Below are positions 34,435 to 45,803 of a DNA stretch of 64,000 nt, piece after piece. A program made the position numbers and the translations under genes. Within the stretch, counting starts at the first letter, position 1, and each line of letters opens with the position of its first letter. Origin of the DNA: Flavobacterium sp. Lineage in GTDB: Bacteria > Bacteroidota > Bacteroidia > Flavobacteriales > Flavobacteriaceae. The stretch covers positions 1,307 to 65,306 of the forward strand of contig NZ_JAQVCH010000014.1 in the NCBI RefSeq assembly GCF_028689845.1, given 5' to 3'. The notes under the pieces are model-generated. The model was not told where the DNA came from, made no database searches, and worked only from the letters and a program-made list of their open reading frames with translations.

Positions 34435-36387
34435 CTAATTTTTTATGAATTTTTTATAAAATGTCCCCGCCGAAGTGTGCATATTCAAGTAATAAACACC
34501 GTTAGAAAGGCTACTAACATTCAATTTGTTTTCGAAACCGGTTTGAATCGTTTGTCCTAATTGATTTAATACAACCACTTTTTCAAGCAACATCGTTTCT
34601 GGAATTTCAATAGAAAGATAATTAGTGGTAGGATTAGGAATTAGTTGGATAACATTTGCCCAATCTAAAGATGGAATGCCTAAAGTAGTTGAATTATTCT
34701 TTGAAATGAGGTGTTTTTCTGGATCAAAAGTAGCACTGGTTACTGCAAAAGGAACATTTACTATAAATTGTTGCCCATTTGAAGTATGTTCTAAAACGAC
34801 GTCAAACGTCTGACCAGTAGCACCATTTAACCTTACTGGAATTGGCATTTCAAAGAAACTCACACTGCTATTTGATTGGGATTGATTTACCGTAATTAGG
34901 GCTTGATTTATAGCATTATTTGCCACTGTTATCGTATAAGAGGGATAACCTTGGTTGTATAACCAATCGTTAAAAAACTCTGTTAAATCTAGGCCAGAAG
35001 CATTTTCTAAGTGGTACTTTAAATCATCAGTTACTGCATGTCCATAGGCTAACGAAGGGTCTGCTAAATAATTTTTTAAGGCCTGAAAGAAAACGGCATC
35101 ACCTAATTTCCATCGCAACATGTGCACAACCATTGCTCCTTTATTATAACTTAATCGGCTACTAAAAATTCTATTGGCACTTAATGCTTGTGAATCACTT
35201 AAATAAACAGCACCGCCCGATTGCGAAGTAATAAAGTTAATCATGTCTGATTTTTCATCAATAAACGCTTCTGAACCATCGAGGTTTTCAATAACCATTG
35301 CGGCTAAATAGGTTGCAAAACCTTCGTTTAACCAGATGTCTTTCCAAGTGCCACATGTAACTTTATTGCCAAACCATTGATGAGCTAATTCATGTGCAAT
35401 CAAGCCACGACTAAAACCGCCCATAAACGAAACCGTAGTGTGTTCCATACCACCACCCCAACCAAATTGAGCATGCCCATATTTTTCATTGGAAAAAGGA
35501 TATGTTTCAAACAACTCCTCATATAAATTCATAATTGGCAAAGTAACGGCCAAACTATTTTGAACAGAAATTATATTTTCTGGATAAATATAATTTACAA
35601 TCGGAAATTGATTAGGAGCTGTCCCTGCTTGTTGGTTAAAAATGGTATAATTTGTTACGGCAATGGCTACTAAATAGGCAGGAATAGGATAGTTGTGTTG
35701 AAAATGGGTGGTTTTTGTACCGTTACCGTTATCAACGATTCCCATTTGTATGCCATTCGTCACACTAGTATATTGCGAAGGAGCGGTAATAAATACATCA
35801 ATACTATCAATTTTATCATTCAAATCTTGTTTACAAGGCCACCATTCTCTTGCTCCAAAAGGCTCAGAAAGTGTCCAAAGAATTGGTGTTCCGTTGTGCG
35901 TGTCTAAGGTAAATGCATCTTCTTCAAAATTTGGAGCTCCAGCATAACTTACCGAAACAATATTCGTTGTTCCAGCATTTAACGTTGTTGGAAAAGTGAT
36001 GACCAATTCTTTTGTTAAAGCATTGTGATTAAAAGACAACGATTGTCCGTTTCTCATCACAGAACCTACAGTAAGTCGGTTGCTGTAATAGCTATCACTT
36101 GTATCTGTGATGGTGCTTAAATCAAATGTGATGGTATTCATGTTTTCTAATGCCACAAAATGTGTTGTAATATTTCCACTGATGAAATAGACTGCAGGAT
36201 TAACACTCAATTCTAATTTTTGATAAACCACATCATAATTTGCCGTGTTGGGGTTTGCTTGAAAATTAATGACTTGGGAAGAAGATTTTAATTCGGATTC
36301 TGCAATTTCATTTGTTTCATTTACAAAAGTTTGAGCATAAAATAGTTGAATAGCAAACAGAAAGCCAAAAAGCAGGATTTTTTTCAT
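34435..36387 (-). CDS. M1-family aminopeptidase with a T9SS C-terminal sorting domain
   Basis: HELAHQWFG and WLNEGFA gluzincin motifs and a signal peptide. The C-terminal ~70 aa form a T9SS-type beta-sandwich (NGVYYLNMHTSAGTFYKKFIKN). Confidence 0.85.
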   Translation of the reverse strand: MKKILLFGFLFAIQLFYAQTFVNETNEIAESELKSSSQVINFQANPNTANYDVVYQKLELSVNPAVYFISGNITTHFVALENMNTITFDLSTITDTSDSYYSNRLTVGSVMRNGQSLSFNHNALTKELVITFPTTLNAGTTNIVSVSYAGAPNFEEDAFTLDTHNGTPILWTLSEPFGAREWWPCKQDLNDKIDSIDVFITAPSQYTSVTNGIQMGIVDNGNGTKTTHFQHNYPIPAYLVAIAVTNYTIFNQQAGTAPNQFPIVNYIYPENIISVQNSLAVTLPIMNLYEELFETYPFSNEKYGHAQFGWGGGMEHTTVSFMGGFSRGLIAHELAHQWFGNKVTCGTWKDIWLNEGFATYLAAMVIENLDGSEAFIDEKSDMINFITSQSGGAVYLSDSQALSANRIFSSRLSYNKGAMVVHMLRWKLGDAVFFQALKNYLADPSLAYGHAVTDDLKYHLENASGLDLTEFFNDWLYNQGYPSYTITVANNAINQALITVNQSQSNSSVSFFEMPIPVRLNGATGQTFDVVLEHTSNGQQFIVNVPFAVTSATFDPEKHLISKNNSTTLGIPSLDWANVIQLIPNPTTNYLSIEIPETMLLEKVVVLNQLGQTIQTGFENKLNVSSLSNGVYYLNMHTSAGTFYKKFIKN

Positions 36388-36535
36388 TGAATTGGGAAAT
36401 TGATGTCCAAATGTAAAAAAAAATAGTTACGAATGGCTTTTCTGTACTATTATTTAGCATTTGTTTAATGCTTTGAATCAATTACTTGAACCTTTTTATT
36501 CAACTAATAGGCCAGTTTTTGACGGTTAATAAAAT

Positions 36536-36580
36536 AAAAAAAGGACTTCTTTACCTTAATAATGAAGTCCTTTTTATTTT
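36536..36580. terminator. Bidirectional terminator between the fumarase and peptidase genes
   Basis: aaaaaggacttc-(14 nt)-gaagtccttttt. Confidence 0.6.
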
Positions 36581-36597
36581 AGGATTGCTTTTTAGGG

Positions 36598-38199
36598 TTA
36601 TAAATTCGCAAAGAAATCATTTCCTTTGTCATCGGTTATGATAAAAGCAGGAAAATCTTTAATTGTTATTTTCCGAACGGCTTCCATCCCTAATTCTGCA
36701 AAATCCACAACTTCAACAGATAAAATATTTTCTTTGGCCAAGATAGCTGCAGGGCCACCAATAGAACCTAAATAAAAGCCACCATATTGATGACAAGCTT
36801 GTCGAACTTCGTCGGTGCGATTGCCTTTTGCCAACATAATCATACTGCCGCCGTGTTTTTGAAATTCTTCTACATAAACATCCATTCTTCCGGCAGTTGT
36901 TGGTCCAAAACTTCCCGAAGCCATTCCTTCAGGGGTTTTTGCTGGTCCGGCATAATAAACAGGGTGATTTTTAAAATAGTCAGGCATCGGTTTCCCAGAA
37001 TCTAGTAATTCTTTAATTTTAGCATGAGCAATATCACGAGCAACAATCAATGTTCCGTTTAATTTTAATCTTGTTTTGATTGGATAGTTAGACAATTCAG
37101 CTAAAATTTCTTTCATCGGACGGTCTAACTCAATCGTCACAGGATCTTCTAGATGGGGAGCTGTTTCTGGTAAAAACCGTTTCGGATTGGTTTCCAATTG
37201 TTCTACAAAAATGCCCTCTTTCGTGATTTTTCCTTTGATATTTCGATCAGCCGAACACGAAACACCCATGCCAACAGGACAAGATGCCGCATGTCGTGGC
37301 AAACGAATTACACGAACATCATGCGTTAAGTATTTTCCGCCAAATTGAGCTCCAATAGCACTTTCTTGACAAATTTGTTGAACACGTTTTTCCCATTCTA
37401 AATCTCTAAATGCTTGACCCGCCATGTTTCCAGTGGTTGGCAAATGGTCAAAATAGCCAGCCGACGCTTTTTTTACTGCTGCTAAATTGGCTTCGGCAGA
37501 AGTGCCGCCAATAACCAACGCTAAATGATAAGGAGGGCAAGCCGAAGTGCCTAAATCCATAATTTTCTCTCGAACAAAAGCATCCATGGCTTTTTCATTT
37601 AAGAGCGATTTCGTTTTTTGATATAAAAATGTTTTATTGGCAGAGCCACCGCCTTTTGCTAAAAACAAGAATTCATACGAATTTCCCTTTTTAGCATAAA
37701 TATCAATTTGAGCGGGTAAATTAGATCCCGAATTTTTTTCTTCAAACATGGAAATTGGCACAATCTGCGAATAGCGTAAGTTCCGTTTTTGATAGGTATT
37801 GAAAATCCCTCGCGATAACCATTCGCCGTCATCGGCACCGGTGTAAACATCTTCGCCTTTTTTGGCCATAACAATCGCCGTTCCTGTATCTTGGCAGGAA
37901 GGAAGTTCTCCTTCAACCGCAACCACCGCATTTTGCAATAAATTATACGCCACAAATCGGTCGTTGTCGGTTGCTTCAGGGTCGTCAATGATTTTTCGAA
38001 GTTTTTCTAAATGCGTAGAACGAAGCATAAACGAAACATCGCTTAACGCTTCTTCGGCTAAAAGAGCTAAGCCTTTTGGGTCGATTTTTAAAATTTCACG
38101 GTCACCCAATTTTTCAACGGTTACAAAATCAGTCGTGATTTTTCGATAGTTGGTGTCGTCTTTTAAAATTGGATAAGCGTCTTGGTATATAAATTCCAT
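36598..38199 (-). CDS. Class I (Fe-S) fumarate hydratase, fused alpha/beta
   Basis: 533 aa. The length and sequence pattern are typical of FumA/FumB-type hydro-lyases, for example conserved Cys in PSCQDTGTA. Confidence 0.8.
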   Translation of the reverse strand: MEFIYQDAYPILKDDTNYRKITTDFVTVEKLGDREILKIDPKGLALLAEEALSDVSFMLRSTHLEKLRKIIDDPEATDNDRFVAYNLLQNAVVAVEGELPSCQDTGTAIVMAKKGEDVYTGADDGEWLSRGIFNTYQKRNLRYSQIVPISMFEEKNSGSNLPAQIDIYAKKGNSYEFLFLAKGGGSANKTFLYQKTKSLLNEKAMDAFVREKIMDLGTSACPPYHLALVIGGTSAEANLAAVKKASAGYFDHLPTTGNMAGQAFRDLEWEKRVQQICQESAIGAQFGGKYLTHDVRVIRLPRHAASCPVGMGVSCSADRNIKGKITKEGIFVEQLETNPKRFLPETAPHLEDPVTIELDRPMKEILAELSNYPIKTRLKLNGTLIVARDIAHAKIKELLDSGKPMPDYFKNHPVYYAGPAKTPEGMASGSFGPTTAGRMDVYVEEFQKHGGSMIMLAKGNRTDEVRQACHQYGGFYLGSIGGPAAILAKENILSVEVVDFAELGMEAVRKITIKDFPAFIITDDKGNDFFANL

Positions 38200-38340
38200 G
38201 GTTCACTAAATTAAGTAGGTAAAGTTAAGATTTATTAAAAGATTGAAAAAAAGAAATCTTAAAAATTATACGTCAACGAGCTATTTTTATAAAAAGTTTA
38301 CCTTTAATTGTCTTTAAAAAAAATAGTAAAAAAGTTGCAT

Positions 38341-38368
38341 TTTGCTCTTTAACAATTCCTTACCTTTG
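38341..38368 (+). promoter_or_regulatory. Candidate Bacteroidota sigma-A promoter for serS (-33 TTTG / -7 TAnnTTTG)
   Basis: tttg at 38341-38344 and tacctttg at 38361-38368, 23 nt upstream of the ATG. Confidence 0.35.
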
Positions 38369-38391
38369 CACCCGATATAAACAAAATTGAT

Positions 38392-39663
38392 ATGTTACAA
38401 TTAGCAGTTATTCGAGAGAATAAAGAACGCGTAATCAAAGCATTAGCGAAAAGAAATCTAGATGCTCAAAGCTTAGTCGATACGGTTTTAGATTTAGATG
38501 AAAAAAGAAGAGCTACGCAGGTAGAATTAGATACTATTTTGGCAGAATCCAATTTGCTTTCTAAGGAAATTGGTGAAATGATGAAATTGGGTGAAAAATC
38601 CAAAGCTGAAATTGTCAAACAAAAAACGCTTCAACTTAAAGAAAAAAGTAAAGAATTAGCAGAAAAATTAGACGGCTATACGACTGCTCTTTCTGAAGAA
38701 TTATATAAAATACCAAACACACCTACAGAAATTGTTCCAGAAGGAAAAACACCAGAAGATAATTTAACTATTCATGAAGAAGGAACTGTTCCAAGCTTAC
38801 ATGAAGGAGCTTTACCGCATTGGGAATTAGTCAAAAAATATGACATCATTGATTTTGAATTAGGCGTAAAAATTACTGGTGCTGGTTTTCCGGTTTATAA
38901 AGGAAAAGGAGCCAAGTTGCAACGGGCTTTAATTACTTATTTTTTAGATAAAAATACCGATGCTGGTTATTTGGAGTACCAAGTGCCGCATTTAGTAAAT
39001 GAAGCTTCTGGAATTGGAACGGGTCAATTGCCTGATAAAGAGGGGCAAATGTATCACGATGCAACCGATAATTTATATTTGATTCCAACTGCAGAAGTGC
39101 CGGTGACGAATATTTTTAGAGATGTCATTTTAAATGAAAGTGAATTGCCAATCAAATGTACCGCGTATACGCCGTGTTTCAGAAGAGAAGCCGGTTCTTA
39201 TGGAGCTCACGTTCGCGGATTAAACCGTTTACATCAATTTGATAAAGTAGAAATTGTACGAATTGAACATCCAGATCATTCACATCAAGCATTGGATGGA
39301 ATGGTTGAACATGTAAAAATGATACTTAACGAATTAAAATTACCATATCGAATTTTGCGTTTGTGTGGTGGCGATATGGGATTTGCATCGGCTATAACCT
39401 ATGATTTTGAAGTCTATTCTACGGCTCAAGAACGTTGGCTAGAAATTAGTTCTGTTTCTAATTTTGAAACCTTTCAATCCAATCGACTAAAATTGCGATA
39501 TAAAGATAAAGATGGTAAGAATCAATTGGCTCATACGTTAAACGGAAGTTCATTGGCTTTACCTAGAGTTTTAGCCGGAATTTTAGAAAATTACCAAACA
39601 CCTGACGGAATTGTGATTCCTGAAGTTTTACGTCCGTATACCGGATTTGATATCATCAATTAA
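38392..39663 (+). CDS. serS: Seryl-tRNA synthetase
   Basis: 423 aa with an N-terminal coiled-coil arm and a class II core (TPCFRREAGS, LNGSSLALPR). Confidence 0.95.
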   Translation: MLQLAVIRENKERVIKALAKRNLDAQSLVDTVLDLDEKRRATQVELDTILAESNLLSKEIGEMMKLGEKSKAEIVKQKTLQLKEKSKELAEKLDGYTTALSEELYKIPNTPTEIVPEGKTPEDNLTIHEEGTVPSLHEGALPHWELVKKYDIIDFELGVKITGAGFPVYKGKGAKLQRALITYFLDKNTDAGYLEYQVPHLVNEASGIGTGQLPDKEGQMYHDATDNLYLIPTAEVPVTNIFRDVILNESELPIKCTAYTPCFRREAGSYGAHVRGLNRLHQFDKVEIVRIEHPDHSHQALDGMVEHVKMILNELKLPYRILRLCGGDMGFASAITYDFEVYSTAQERWLEISSVSNFETFQSNRLKLRYKDKDGKNQLAHTLNGSSLALPRVLAGILENYQTPDGIVIPEVLRPYTGFDIIN

Positions 39664-39686
39664 AAAAGTTAATCTTTAGACAAACC

Positions 39687-39733
39687 ATGTACTAATTAGC
39701 GAAAAAAAGCTACTTTAGTACATTGTTTTTTTT
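39687..39733 (+). terminator. serS terminator
   Basis: atgtactaa...ttagtacat stem with an inner tagc/gcta pairing, followed by tgtttttttt. Confidence 0.65.
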
Positions 39734-39737
39734 AGCT

Positions 39738-41516
39738 ATGCAGAAAATTTTTCTTTTACTCTCCTTCTTTTGTTCCCTATTGGTTTCGTCTCAAAACGAA
39801 CAATTGGCTCAAAACTATTACGATAAAGGAGAATTTGAAAAAGCGGTATTAAGTTATGAAGAGCTTTTAAAAAGTCAACCCGGAAACAGCATTTATTTTC
39901 AACGCGTGACCGATTGTTATCAGCAATTACTTCAATTTGATAAAGCTGAAAAAACCATTCAAGACCGACTTACAAAATTCCGAATGGCTAGTATGTATGT
40001 GGAGTTGGGTTACAATTACCAACTTCAGAAACAACAAGCAAAAGCCGAATTAAATTACAAAGAAGCAATTGAAAAAATTAAGGAAAATAGTTCAAACGTC
40101 TACAGTGTGGCGAGCTCTTTTGAACAGAAAGTGTTGTTAGAATATGCCTTGCAAGCCTATCAACTCGCCATTTCCATCGACCCTAGAAACAAATTTAATT
40201 ATCAAATGGCTTTGCTTTATGGCCAAATGGGAAAACCTGAATTGATGATTGAAAAGTATTTAGACGAAATGTATGAAAACCCACAAAACAGTGTGATTGT
40301 TCAAAATCAGTTAACGCGTTTTATGAACGATGATTCGGATGAGACTTTTAATCCGATGCTTCGAAAAGCACTTTTGATTCAAGTGCAAAAGAATCAATCG
40401 GTTTTTTGGAATCAAATGCTAAGTTGGTTTTTTGTGCAACAAAAAGAATACGGAAAAGCGTTTGTACAAGAAAAAGCAATCTATAAAAGAGAACCTGATT
40501 CGTTTTCGAATATTGTTAATTTAGCCGAATTAGCGATTGAAGAAGAGGAAGATGTTATCGCAATTGAGATTTTAAATTTTATTTTAGACAATACACAAGA
40601 TGTCGATTTGCAAATTTATGCACAACAGTTTTTAATGGCAATTCAAATAAAAAAAGCGAAAGAAGCTGACTATACTTCCATCAAAAACCAATTTGAATCG
40701 CTTTTAAAACAATATGGAATTAGTCCGTATACCATTTCTTTACAGCGATTGCAAGCCGAATTCGTTTCCTTTAAAATGAAGAATCCAGAAGAAGGAAAAG
40801 CAATTTTACAACGAGCAATGGAACTACCGCTTACTAAATTTCAAGCTGCAGAAACAAAGATGGAATTGGCAGATATTTTACTGTTTGAAGAGAAATTTAA
40901 TCAAGCTTTATTGTATTATTCTCAAATTCAAGACGATTTAAAAAATGATGTACTTGGTCATGAAGCTAGTTTAAAAGTAGCCACAACGAGTTATTATAAA
41001 ACCGATTTTGCTTGGGCGTTAACACAGTTAAAAGTGCTTAAATCGGCCTCTACCCAACTTATTGCCAATGATGCATTGGAGTTGTTTTTACTAATAAATG
41101 ACAATACAGTTTCCGATTCAACGCAAACGGCTTTAAAGAAATTTGCAAAAGCAGATTTTTTACTTTATCAAAATAAAAAACAAGAAGCGTTGGAACATTT
41201 TCAACAAATCTTAAAGGAACATAAAGGCGATCCAATTGAAGAAGTTACCTTATTACGCCTCGGAAAAACCTATGAAGAACTAACCGATTATGATAAGGCT
41301 TTATCGTTTTATCAACAAATTATTGATGGTTTCCCAGAAAGTATTTATCGTGACGAAGCACTGTTCTTCTCTGCAGAAGTGTACAATAAATACCTCAATC
41401 AACCCGAAAAAGCAAAACCATTGTATGAAGCCGTTTTGTTTAATCACCAAGATAGCATTTATTATGTAGAAGCTCGAAAGAAATTTAGACAACTTCGAGG
41501 CGATTCTAATTTATAA
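39738..41516 (+). CDS. Secreted TPR-repeat protein
   Basis: Signal peptide MQKIFLLLSFFCSLLVSSQ followed by repeated TPR-like helices. The ATG at 39738 is preferred because the 39723 track start lies inside the serS terminator. Confidence 0.6.
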   Translation: MQKIFLLLSFFCSLLVSSQNEQLAQNYYDKGEFEKAVLSYEELLKSQPGNSIYFQRVTDCYQQLLQFDKAEKTIQDRLTKFRMASMYVELGYNYQLQKQQAKAELNYKEAIEKIKENSSNVYSVASSFEQKVLLEYALQAYQLAISIDPRNKFNYQMALLYGQMGKPELMIEKYLDEMYENPQNSVIVQNQLTRFMNDDSDETFNPMLRKALLIQVQKNQSVFWNQMLSWFFVQQKEYGKAFVQEKAIYKREPDSFSNIVNLAELAIEEEEDVIAIEILNFILDNTQDVDLQIYAQQFLMAIQIKKAKEADYTSIKNQFESLLKQYGISPYTISLQRLQAEFVSFKMKNPEEGKAILQRAMELPLTKFQAAETKMELADILLFEEKFNQALLYYSQIQDDLKNDVLGHEASLKVATTSYYKTDFAWALTQLKVLKSASTQLIANDALELFLLINDNTVSDSTQTALKKFAKADFLLYQNKKQEALEHFQQILKEHKGDPIEEVTLLRLGKTYEELTDYDKALSFYQQIIDGFPESIYRDEALFFSAEVYNKYLNQPEKAKPLYEAVLFNHQDSIYYVEARKKFRQLRGDSNL

Positions 41517-41561
41517 AGCGAATTGATTTTTTCACTTTCATTTAAAAGCAAAATTCAAAAT

Positions 41562-41891
41562 ATGATTTTATATAACGTAACCATCAATATTGATAGTAGT
41601 GTTCATGACCAGTGGATGCATTGGATGCAAACCAAACACATTAATGATGTTTTAGCAACTGGAAAATTTTCTTCAGCTCGAATGGTGAAAGTTTTAGTAG
41701 AAGAAGAAGGAAGTATGACCTATTCTATTCAATATACAACCGAAAATAAGGAAAAATTAAATCGCTATTTTCAAGAGGATGCTCCACAATTGCGGCAAGA
41801 AGGACTTGCTTTGTTTGGCGATAAAATGCTTGCGTTTAGAACAGAACTGCAAGTCATTAGTGAGCATTTTCCACAATCGGCCCTACAATAA
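41562..41891 (+). CDS. DUF4286-like small protein
   Basis: ATG at 41562 gives MILYNVTINID.... Confidence 0.5.
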   Translation: MILYNVTINIDSSVHDQWMHWMQTKHINDVLATGKFSSARMVKVLVEEEGSMTYSIQYTTENKEKLNRYFQEDAPQLRQEGLALFGDKMLAFRTELQVISEHFPQSALQ

Positions 41892-41937
41892 ACGACTAAT
41901 TTAAAAGGCTCGTTTCCTCGAATGGATTCAAGAAAAT

Positions 41938-42717
41938 ATGGAAAAAGTAAAAGCAAAAAAACACCTGGGACAGCATTTTTTGAATGATGAAAGCATCGCT
42001 CAAAAAATAGCCGATTCATTATCGCTTTCAGGATATCAAAACATCTTAGAAATTGGCCCGGGAATGGGTGTTTTAACAAAATATCTTTTAGAAAAACCGG
42101 TTACTACTTTTGTGATTGAAATTGATACAGAATCGGTTGCCTATTTGCAAAAACATTATCCCAAATTAGAAGGTAAAATTATTTCTAAAGATTTTTTAAA
42201 ATACAATCTTTCAGAAGTTATGGGAACAGAGCCTTATGCTATTATTGGGAATTTTCCGTATAATATTTCGACACAAATTGTCTTTAAAACCTTAGAATTA
42301 CGTCACCAAATTCCAGAATTTTCTGGTATGTTTCAAAAAGAAGTGGCAGAGCGAATTTGCGAAAAAAAAGGGACAAAAGCCTATGGTATTCTTTCGGTTT
42401 TGACCCAAGCCTTTTATGAAGCAGAATATTTATTTACCGTTTCCGAACACGTTTTTATTCCGCCCCCAAAAGTAAAATCGGGTGTTTTGCGGTTGCGAAG
42501 AAAAGAAAACTTTACCTTGCCCTGTGATGAAAAACTGTTTTTTACGGTGGTAAAAACCGCGTTTAATCAACGAAGAAAAACCTTGCGAAATAGTTTAAAA
42601 ACCTATCAATTATCCGATAGTTTAAAAGAAGATAGTATCTTTGACCTCAGACCGGAACAACTTTCGGTAGAACAGTTTATCGAACTCACGCAAAAAATAG
42701 CCGCCGATGGAGTTTAA
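41938..42717 (+). CDS. rsmA: 16S rRNA (adenine1518/1519-N6)-dimethyltransferase
   Basis: [10 protein letters not shown]-terminus, the SAM motif [12 protein letters not shown] and NFPYNIST. Confidence 0.9.
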   Translation: MEKVKAKKHLGQHFLNDESIAQKIADSLSLSGYQNILEIGPGMGVLTKYLLEKPVTTFVIEIDTESVAYLQKHYPKLEGKIISKDFLKYNLSEVMGTEPYAIIGNFPYNISTQIVFKTLELRHQIPEFSGMFQKEVAERICEKKGTKAYGILSVLTQAFYEAEYLFTVSEHVFIPPPKVKSGVLRLRRKENFTLPCDEKLFFTVVKTAFNQRRKTLRNSLKTYQLSDSLKEDSIFDLRPEQLSVEQFIELTQKIAADGV

Positions 42718-44059
42718 AATCAGCAGAGAATTCCTCACCAATATTGAGCAATTAATTAAAGAGAATAAGGAGCATGAATTACATGATTTACTCCATGAGA
42801 TTCACTATGCTGATATTGCCGAAATCATGGAAGAATTGGACCATGATGAAGCGAGTTATATTTTTAAGATTCTAGATAGCGAAACTACATCTGAGATTTT
42901 ACTTGAGCTCGATGAAGAAGTTCGTGTAAAAATCTTACGCGATTTATCGCCTAAAGAAATAGCAGAAGAGCTAGATGAGTTATCTACCGATGATGCCGCC
43001 GATATTATTGCCGAATTACCTCAAGGTCGTAAAGAGCAGGTAATTTCTGAACTCGAAGATGTTGAACATGCCAAAGATATTGTGGATTTACTTCGTTATG
43101 ACGAAGATTCTGCTGGTGGTTTAATGGGAAAAGAGTTAGTAAAAGTGAATGAAAATTGGAACGTACTCACGTGCGTCAAAGAAATGCGTATTCAAGCAGA
43201 AAATGTTTCTCGCGTACATTCCATTTATGTTGTAGACGATGAAAACCGATTAAAAGGACGTTTATCGTTGAAAGATTTACTCACAACCTCTACCAAAACA
43301 CCTATTAGTGAGGTGTATATTCCTAAAGTAGATTATGTAAAAGTAAATACGAAAGACGTTGAGGTTGCCCGAATTATGCAAAAATATGATTTGGAAGCGA
43401 TTCCAGTGGTGGATGAAATGGGAAGACTCGTGGGTCGGATTACGATTGATGATATTATTGATGTAATTAAGGAAGAAGCCGATAAAGATTACCAATTAGC
43501 GGCTGGTATTTCGCAAGACGTAGAAGCAGATGATAGTATCATTCAATTAACCAAAGCCCGTTTGCCTTGGTTAGTGCTTGCATTGTTTGGCGGATTTATC
43601 GCCGTTAAAATTTCAGGTCAATTTGGCGATGCGATGGAAAAATTTGGGGTATTATTTTTTTTTACACCTCTAATCGCAGCGATGGCAGGAAATGTTGGCG
43701 TACAATCTTCTGCAATTATCGTACAAGGTTTGGCCAATAATACGCTAAGCGGAACCATCTGGCAACGCTTGTATAAAGAAATGAAACTGAGTATTTTTAA
43801 CGGATTAATCCTAGCGTTTATTTTATTGTTAGGAAGTCACTTTTTACTTGGCGTTGATTATATTATCGGAATAACCGTGTCCATATCGCTAATTACGGTG
43901 ATAATTATAGCTTCTTTAATTGGTACTTTTGTTCCAATTACCTTAAATAAATATGGCATTGATCCCGCTTTGGCTACTGGACCCTTTATCACAACAAGCA
44001 ACGATATCTTCGGGATTTTAATTTATTTTTCCATTGCTAAATTGATTCTAGGTTTTTAA
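42707..44059 (+). CDS. mgtE: Magnesium transporter MgtE
   Basis: MgtE N-domain, a CBS pair and a C-terminal TM domain ([10 protein letters not shown]). 450 aa. Confidence 0.9.
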   Translation: MEFKISREFLTNIEQLIKENKEHELHDLLHEIHYADIAEIMEELDHDEASYIFKILDSETTSEILLELDEEVRVKILRDLSPKEIAEELDELSTDDAADIIAELPQGRKEQVISELEDVEHAKDIVDLLRYDEDSAGGLMGKELVKVNENWNVLTCVKEMRIQAENVSRVHSIYVVDDENRLKGRLSLKDLLTTSTKTPISEVYIPKVDYVKVNTKDVEVARIMQKYDLEAIPVVDEMGRLVGRITIDDIIDVIKEEADKDYQLAAGISQDVEADDSIIQLTKARLPWLVLALFGGFIAVKISGQFGDAMEKFGVLFFFTPLIAAMAGNVGVQSSAIIVQGLANNTLSGTIWQRLYKEMKLSIFNGLILAFILLLGSHFLLGVDYIIGITVSISLITVIIIASLIGTFVPITLNKYGIDPALATGPFITTSNDIFGILIYFSIAKLILGF

Positions 44060-44085
44060 TAACAATTCATCAAAAAATTCTAAAA

Positions 44086-45438
44086 ATGAACCCAACCGAT
44101 ATACACATTTTGCATCTCGATTCAAATCATCCGTTGTTATGGAATCAATTAGAAGAGATTGGATTTATAAACCATCACGATTTTACTTCTTCTAAAGAAG
44201 AAATTGAGGCCAAAATTCAAAATTATCACGGAATTGTCATTCGGAGTCGGTTTAAAATTGATCAAATTTTTTTAGATAAAGCAAGCCAACTTCAATTTAT
44301 TGCTCGAGTAGGAGCGGGCTTAGAAAGCATCGATTGTGATTATGCTGTTGCCAAAGGAATCAAACTCATCGCCGCTCCAGAAGGAAACAGTAATGCTGTG
44401 GGCGAACATGCTTTAGGAATGTTACTTTCATTGATGAACAAGCTCAATCAAGCCAATCAATCTGTCAAATCAGGAAATTGGATTCGCGAAGCACATCGTG
44501 GTTACGAATTAGAAGGTAAAACCGTCGGCATCATTGGCTATGGTAATATGGGAAAATCATTTGCAAAAAAATTGCGTGGTTTTGATGTAGAAGTACTGTG
44601 TTATGATATTTTACCGAATGTGGGTGATGAAAATGCGAAACAAGTTTCGTTAGCAGAATTACAACAAAAAGCCAACGTGCTCTCGTTGCACACGCCTTGG
44701 ACGGCTGAAACCGATAAAATGATAAATCATAATTTCATAACTGCTTTTGCAAAACCATTTTGGTTTATCAATACTGCTCGAGGAAATTCGGTTGTTACCG
44801 CAGATTTAGTAAAAGGACTGCAATCAGGAAAAATTTTAGGTGCTGGATTAGATGTGTTAGAATATGAGAAATTATCTTTCGAAAAATTATTTGAAGATGA
44901 AAAACCAGCTGCTTTTACGTATTTATTAGAAGCAGAAAACGTTTTGCTTTCACCACATATTGCGGGCTGGACGTTTGAAAGTCATGAAAAATTAGCTCAA
45001 GTTATTGTAAACAAAATCAAAGCGATTTATCTTCCGTCTGAAATAAAAGTAGAGCTAAAAAGAGTAACAGGTCTTGGCGGATTCTTTTTTAAAACAACCG
45101 ATTCAAAAAAATTAATTGAATGGTATGGTAAGCATTTGGGTTTAGAAACCAATGACTATGGAGCTACTTTTTGGTGGAAAGATAAAGCGGGAAACGATTG
45201 TTCTACACAATGGTCGCCTTTTGCAGAGGAAACAACCTATTTTTCGCCTTCAAGTAAACCGTTTATGCAAAATTTTAGAGTAGCAAATTTAGAACTGCTT
45301 TTAGAGCATTTAAAAAGAGAAGGCGTAACGATTGTTGGCGAAATGGAAAGTTATGACTATGGTAAATTTGGTTGGATTCTAGACCCTGAAGAAAATAAAA
45401 TTGAACTTTGGGAACCAATTGACCAAGCATTTCAATAA
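44086..45438 (+). CDS. D-isomer-specific 2-hydroxyacid dehydrogenase fused to a C-terminal VOC/glyoxalase-like domain
   Basis: NAD motif GIIGYGNMGK and catalytic region SPHIAGWT, plus ~120 extra C-terminal residues. Confidence 0.7.
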   Translation: MNPTDIHILHLDSNHPLLWNQLEEIGFINHHDFTSSKEEIEAKIQNYHGIVIRSRFKIDQIFLDKASQLQFIARVGAGLESIDCDYAVAKGIKLIAAPEGNSNAVGEHALGMLLSLMNKLNQANQSVKSGNWIREAHRGYELEGKTVGIIGYGNMGKSFAKKLRGFDVEVLCYDILPNVGDENAKQVSLAELQQKANVLSLHTPWTAETDKMINHNFITAFAKPFWFINTARGNSVVTADLVKGLQSGKILGAGLDVLEYEKLSFEKLFEDEKPAAFTYLLEAENVLLSPHIAGWTFESHEKLAQVIVNKIKAIYLPSEIKVELKRVTGLGGFFFKTTDSKKLIEWYGKHLGLETNDYGATFWWKDKAGNDCSTQWSPFAEETTYFSPSSKPFMQNFRVANLELLLEHLKREGVTIVGEMESYDYGKFGWILDPEENKIELWEPIDQAFQ

Positions 45439-45482
45439 TTTTTATATTTTTATGCCATTAACTAACCAAAATTAATATTTAA

Positions 45483-45770
45483 ATGGAAACATCAAAATCA
45501 AATGAAGATTGGAATAGCCCTAATTCGCAAGCTCCAGTTCAAGAAAATAAAAAAATTATGGCTGGCGTTTTAGCTTTGCTAGTTGGTGGACTTGGAGTGC
45601 ATAAATTTGTATTAGGTTATACCAATGAAGGAATTATTCAAATTGTTATTTCAATTTTTACTTGTGGAATTGGTGGTTTGATTCCATTTATAGAAGGGAT
45701 TATCTATTTGACCAAATCAGATGAAGAATTTTACCAAACCTATCAAGTGAATAAGAAAGGTTGGTTCTAA
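45483..45770 (+). CDS. TM2-domain membrane protein
   Basis: 95 aa with two TM helices and a GGLGVHKF motif. Confidence 0.6.
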   Translation: METSKSNEDWNSPNSQAPVQENKKIMAGVLALLVGGLGVHKFVLGYTNEGIIQIVISIFTCGIGGLIPFIEGIIYLTKSDEEFYQTYQVNKKGWF

Positions 45771-45772
45771 AC

Positions 45773-45803
45773 AAAAAAGTCTCCAAATTTGGAGACTTTT
45801 TTT
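45773..45803. terminator. Bidirectional terminator between convergent genes
   Basis: The perfect palindrome agtctccaaatttggagact, flanked by A- and T-runs. Confidence 0.75.

Noticed and set aside
36787-38149. Plus-strand ORFs inside the fumarase gene, and similar antisense ORFs inside radA, rseP, the M1 peptidase and the OmpA-like gene
   Set aside because: All are antisense to strongly supported conserved genes and have no motifs.
39723-39737. The track start (TTG 39723) of the TPR gene, and similarly 41523 and 5809
   Set aside because: The 39723 start lies inside the serS terminator, and ATG 39738 gives a clean signal peptide. ATG 41562 and ATG 5863 likewise give family-typical N-termini.
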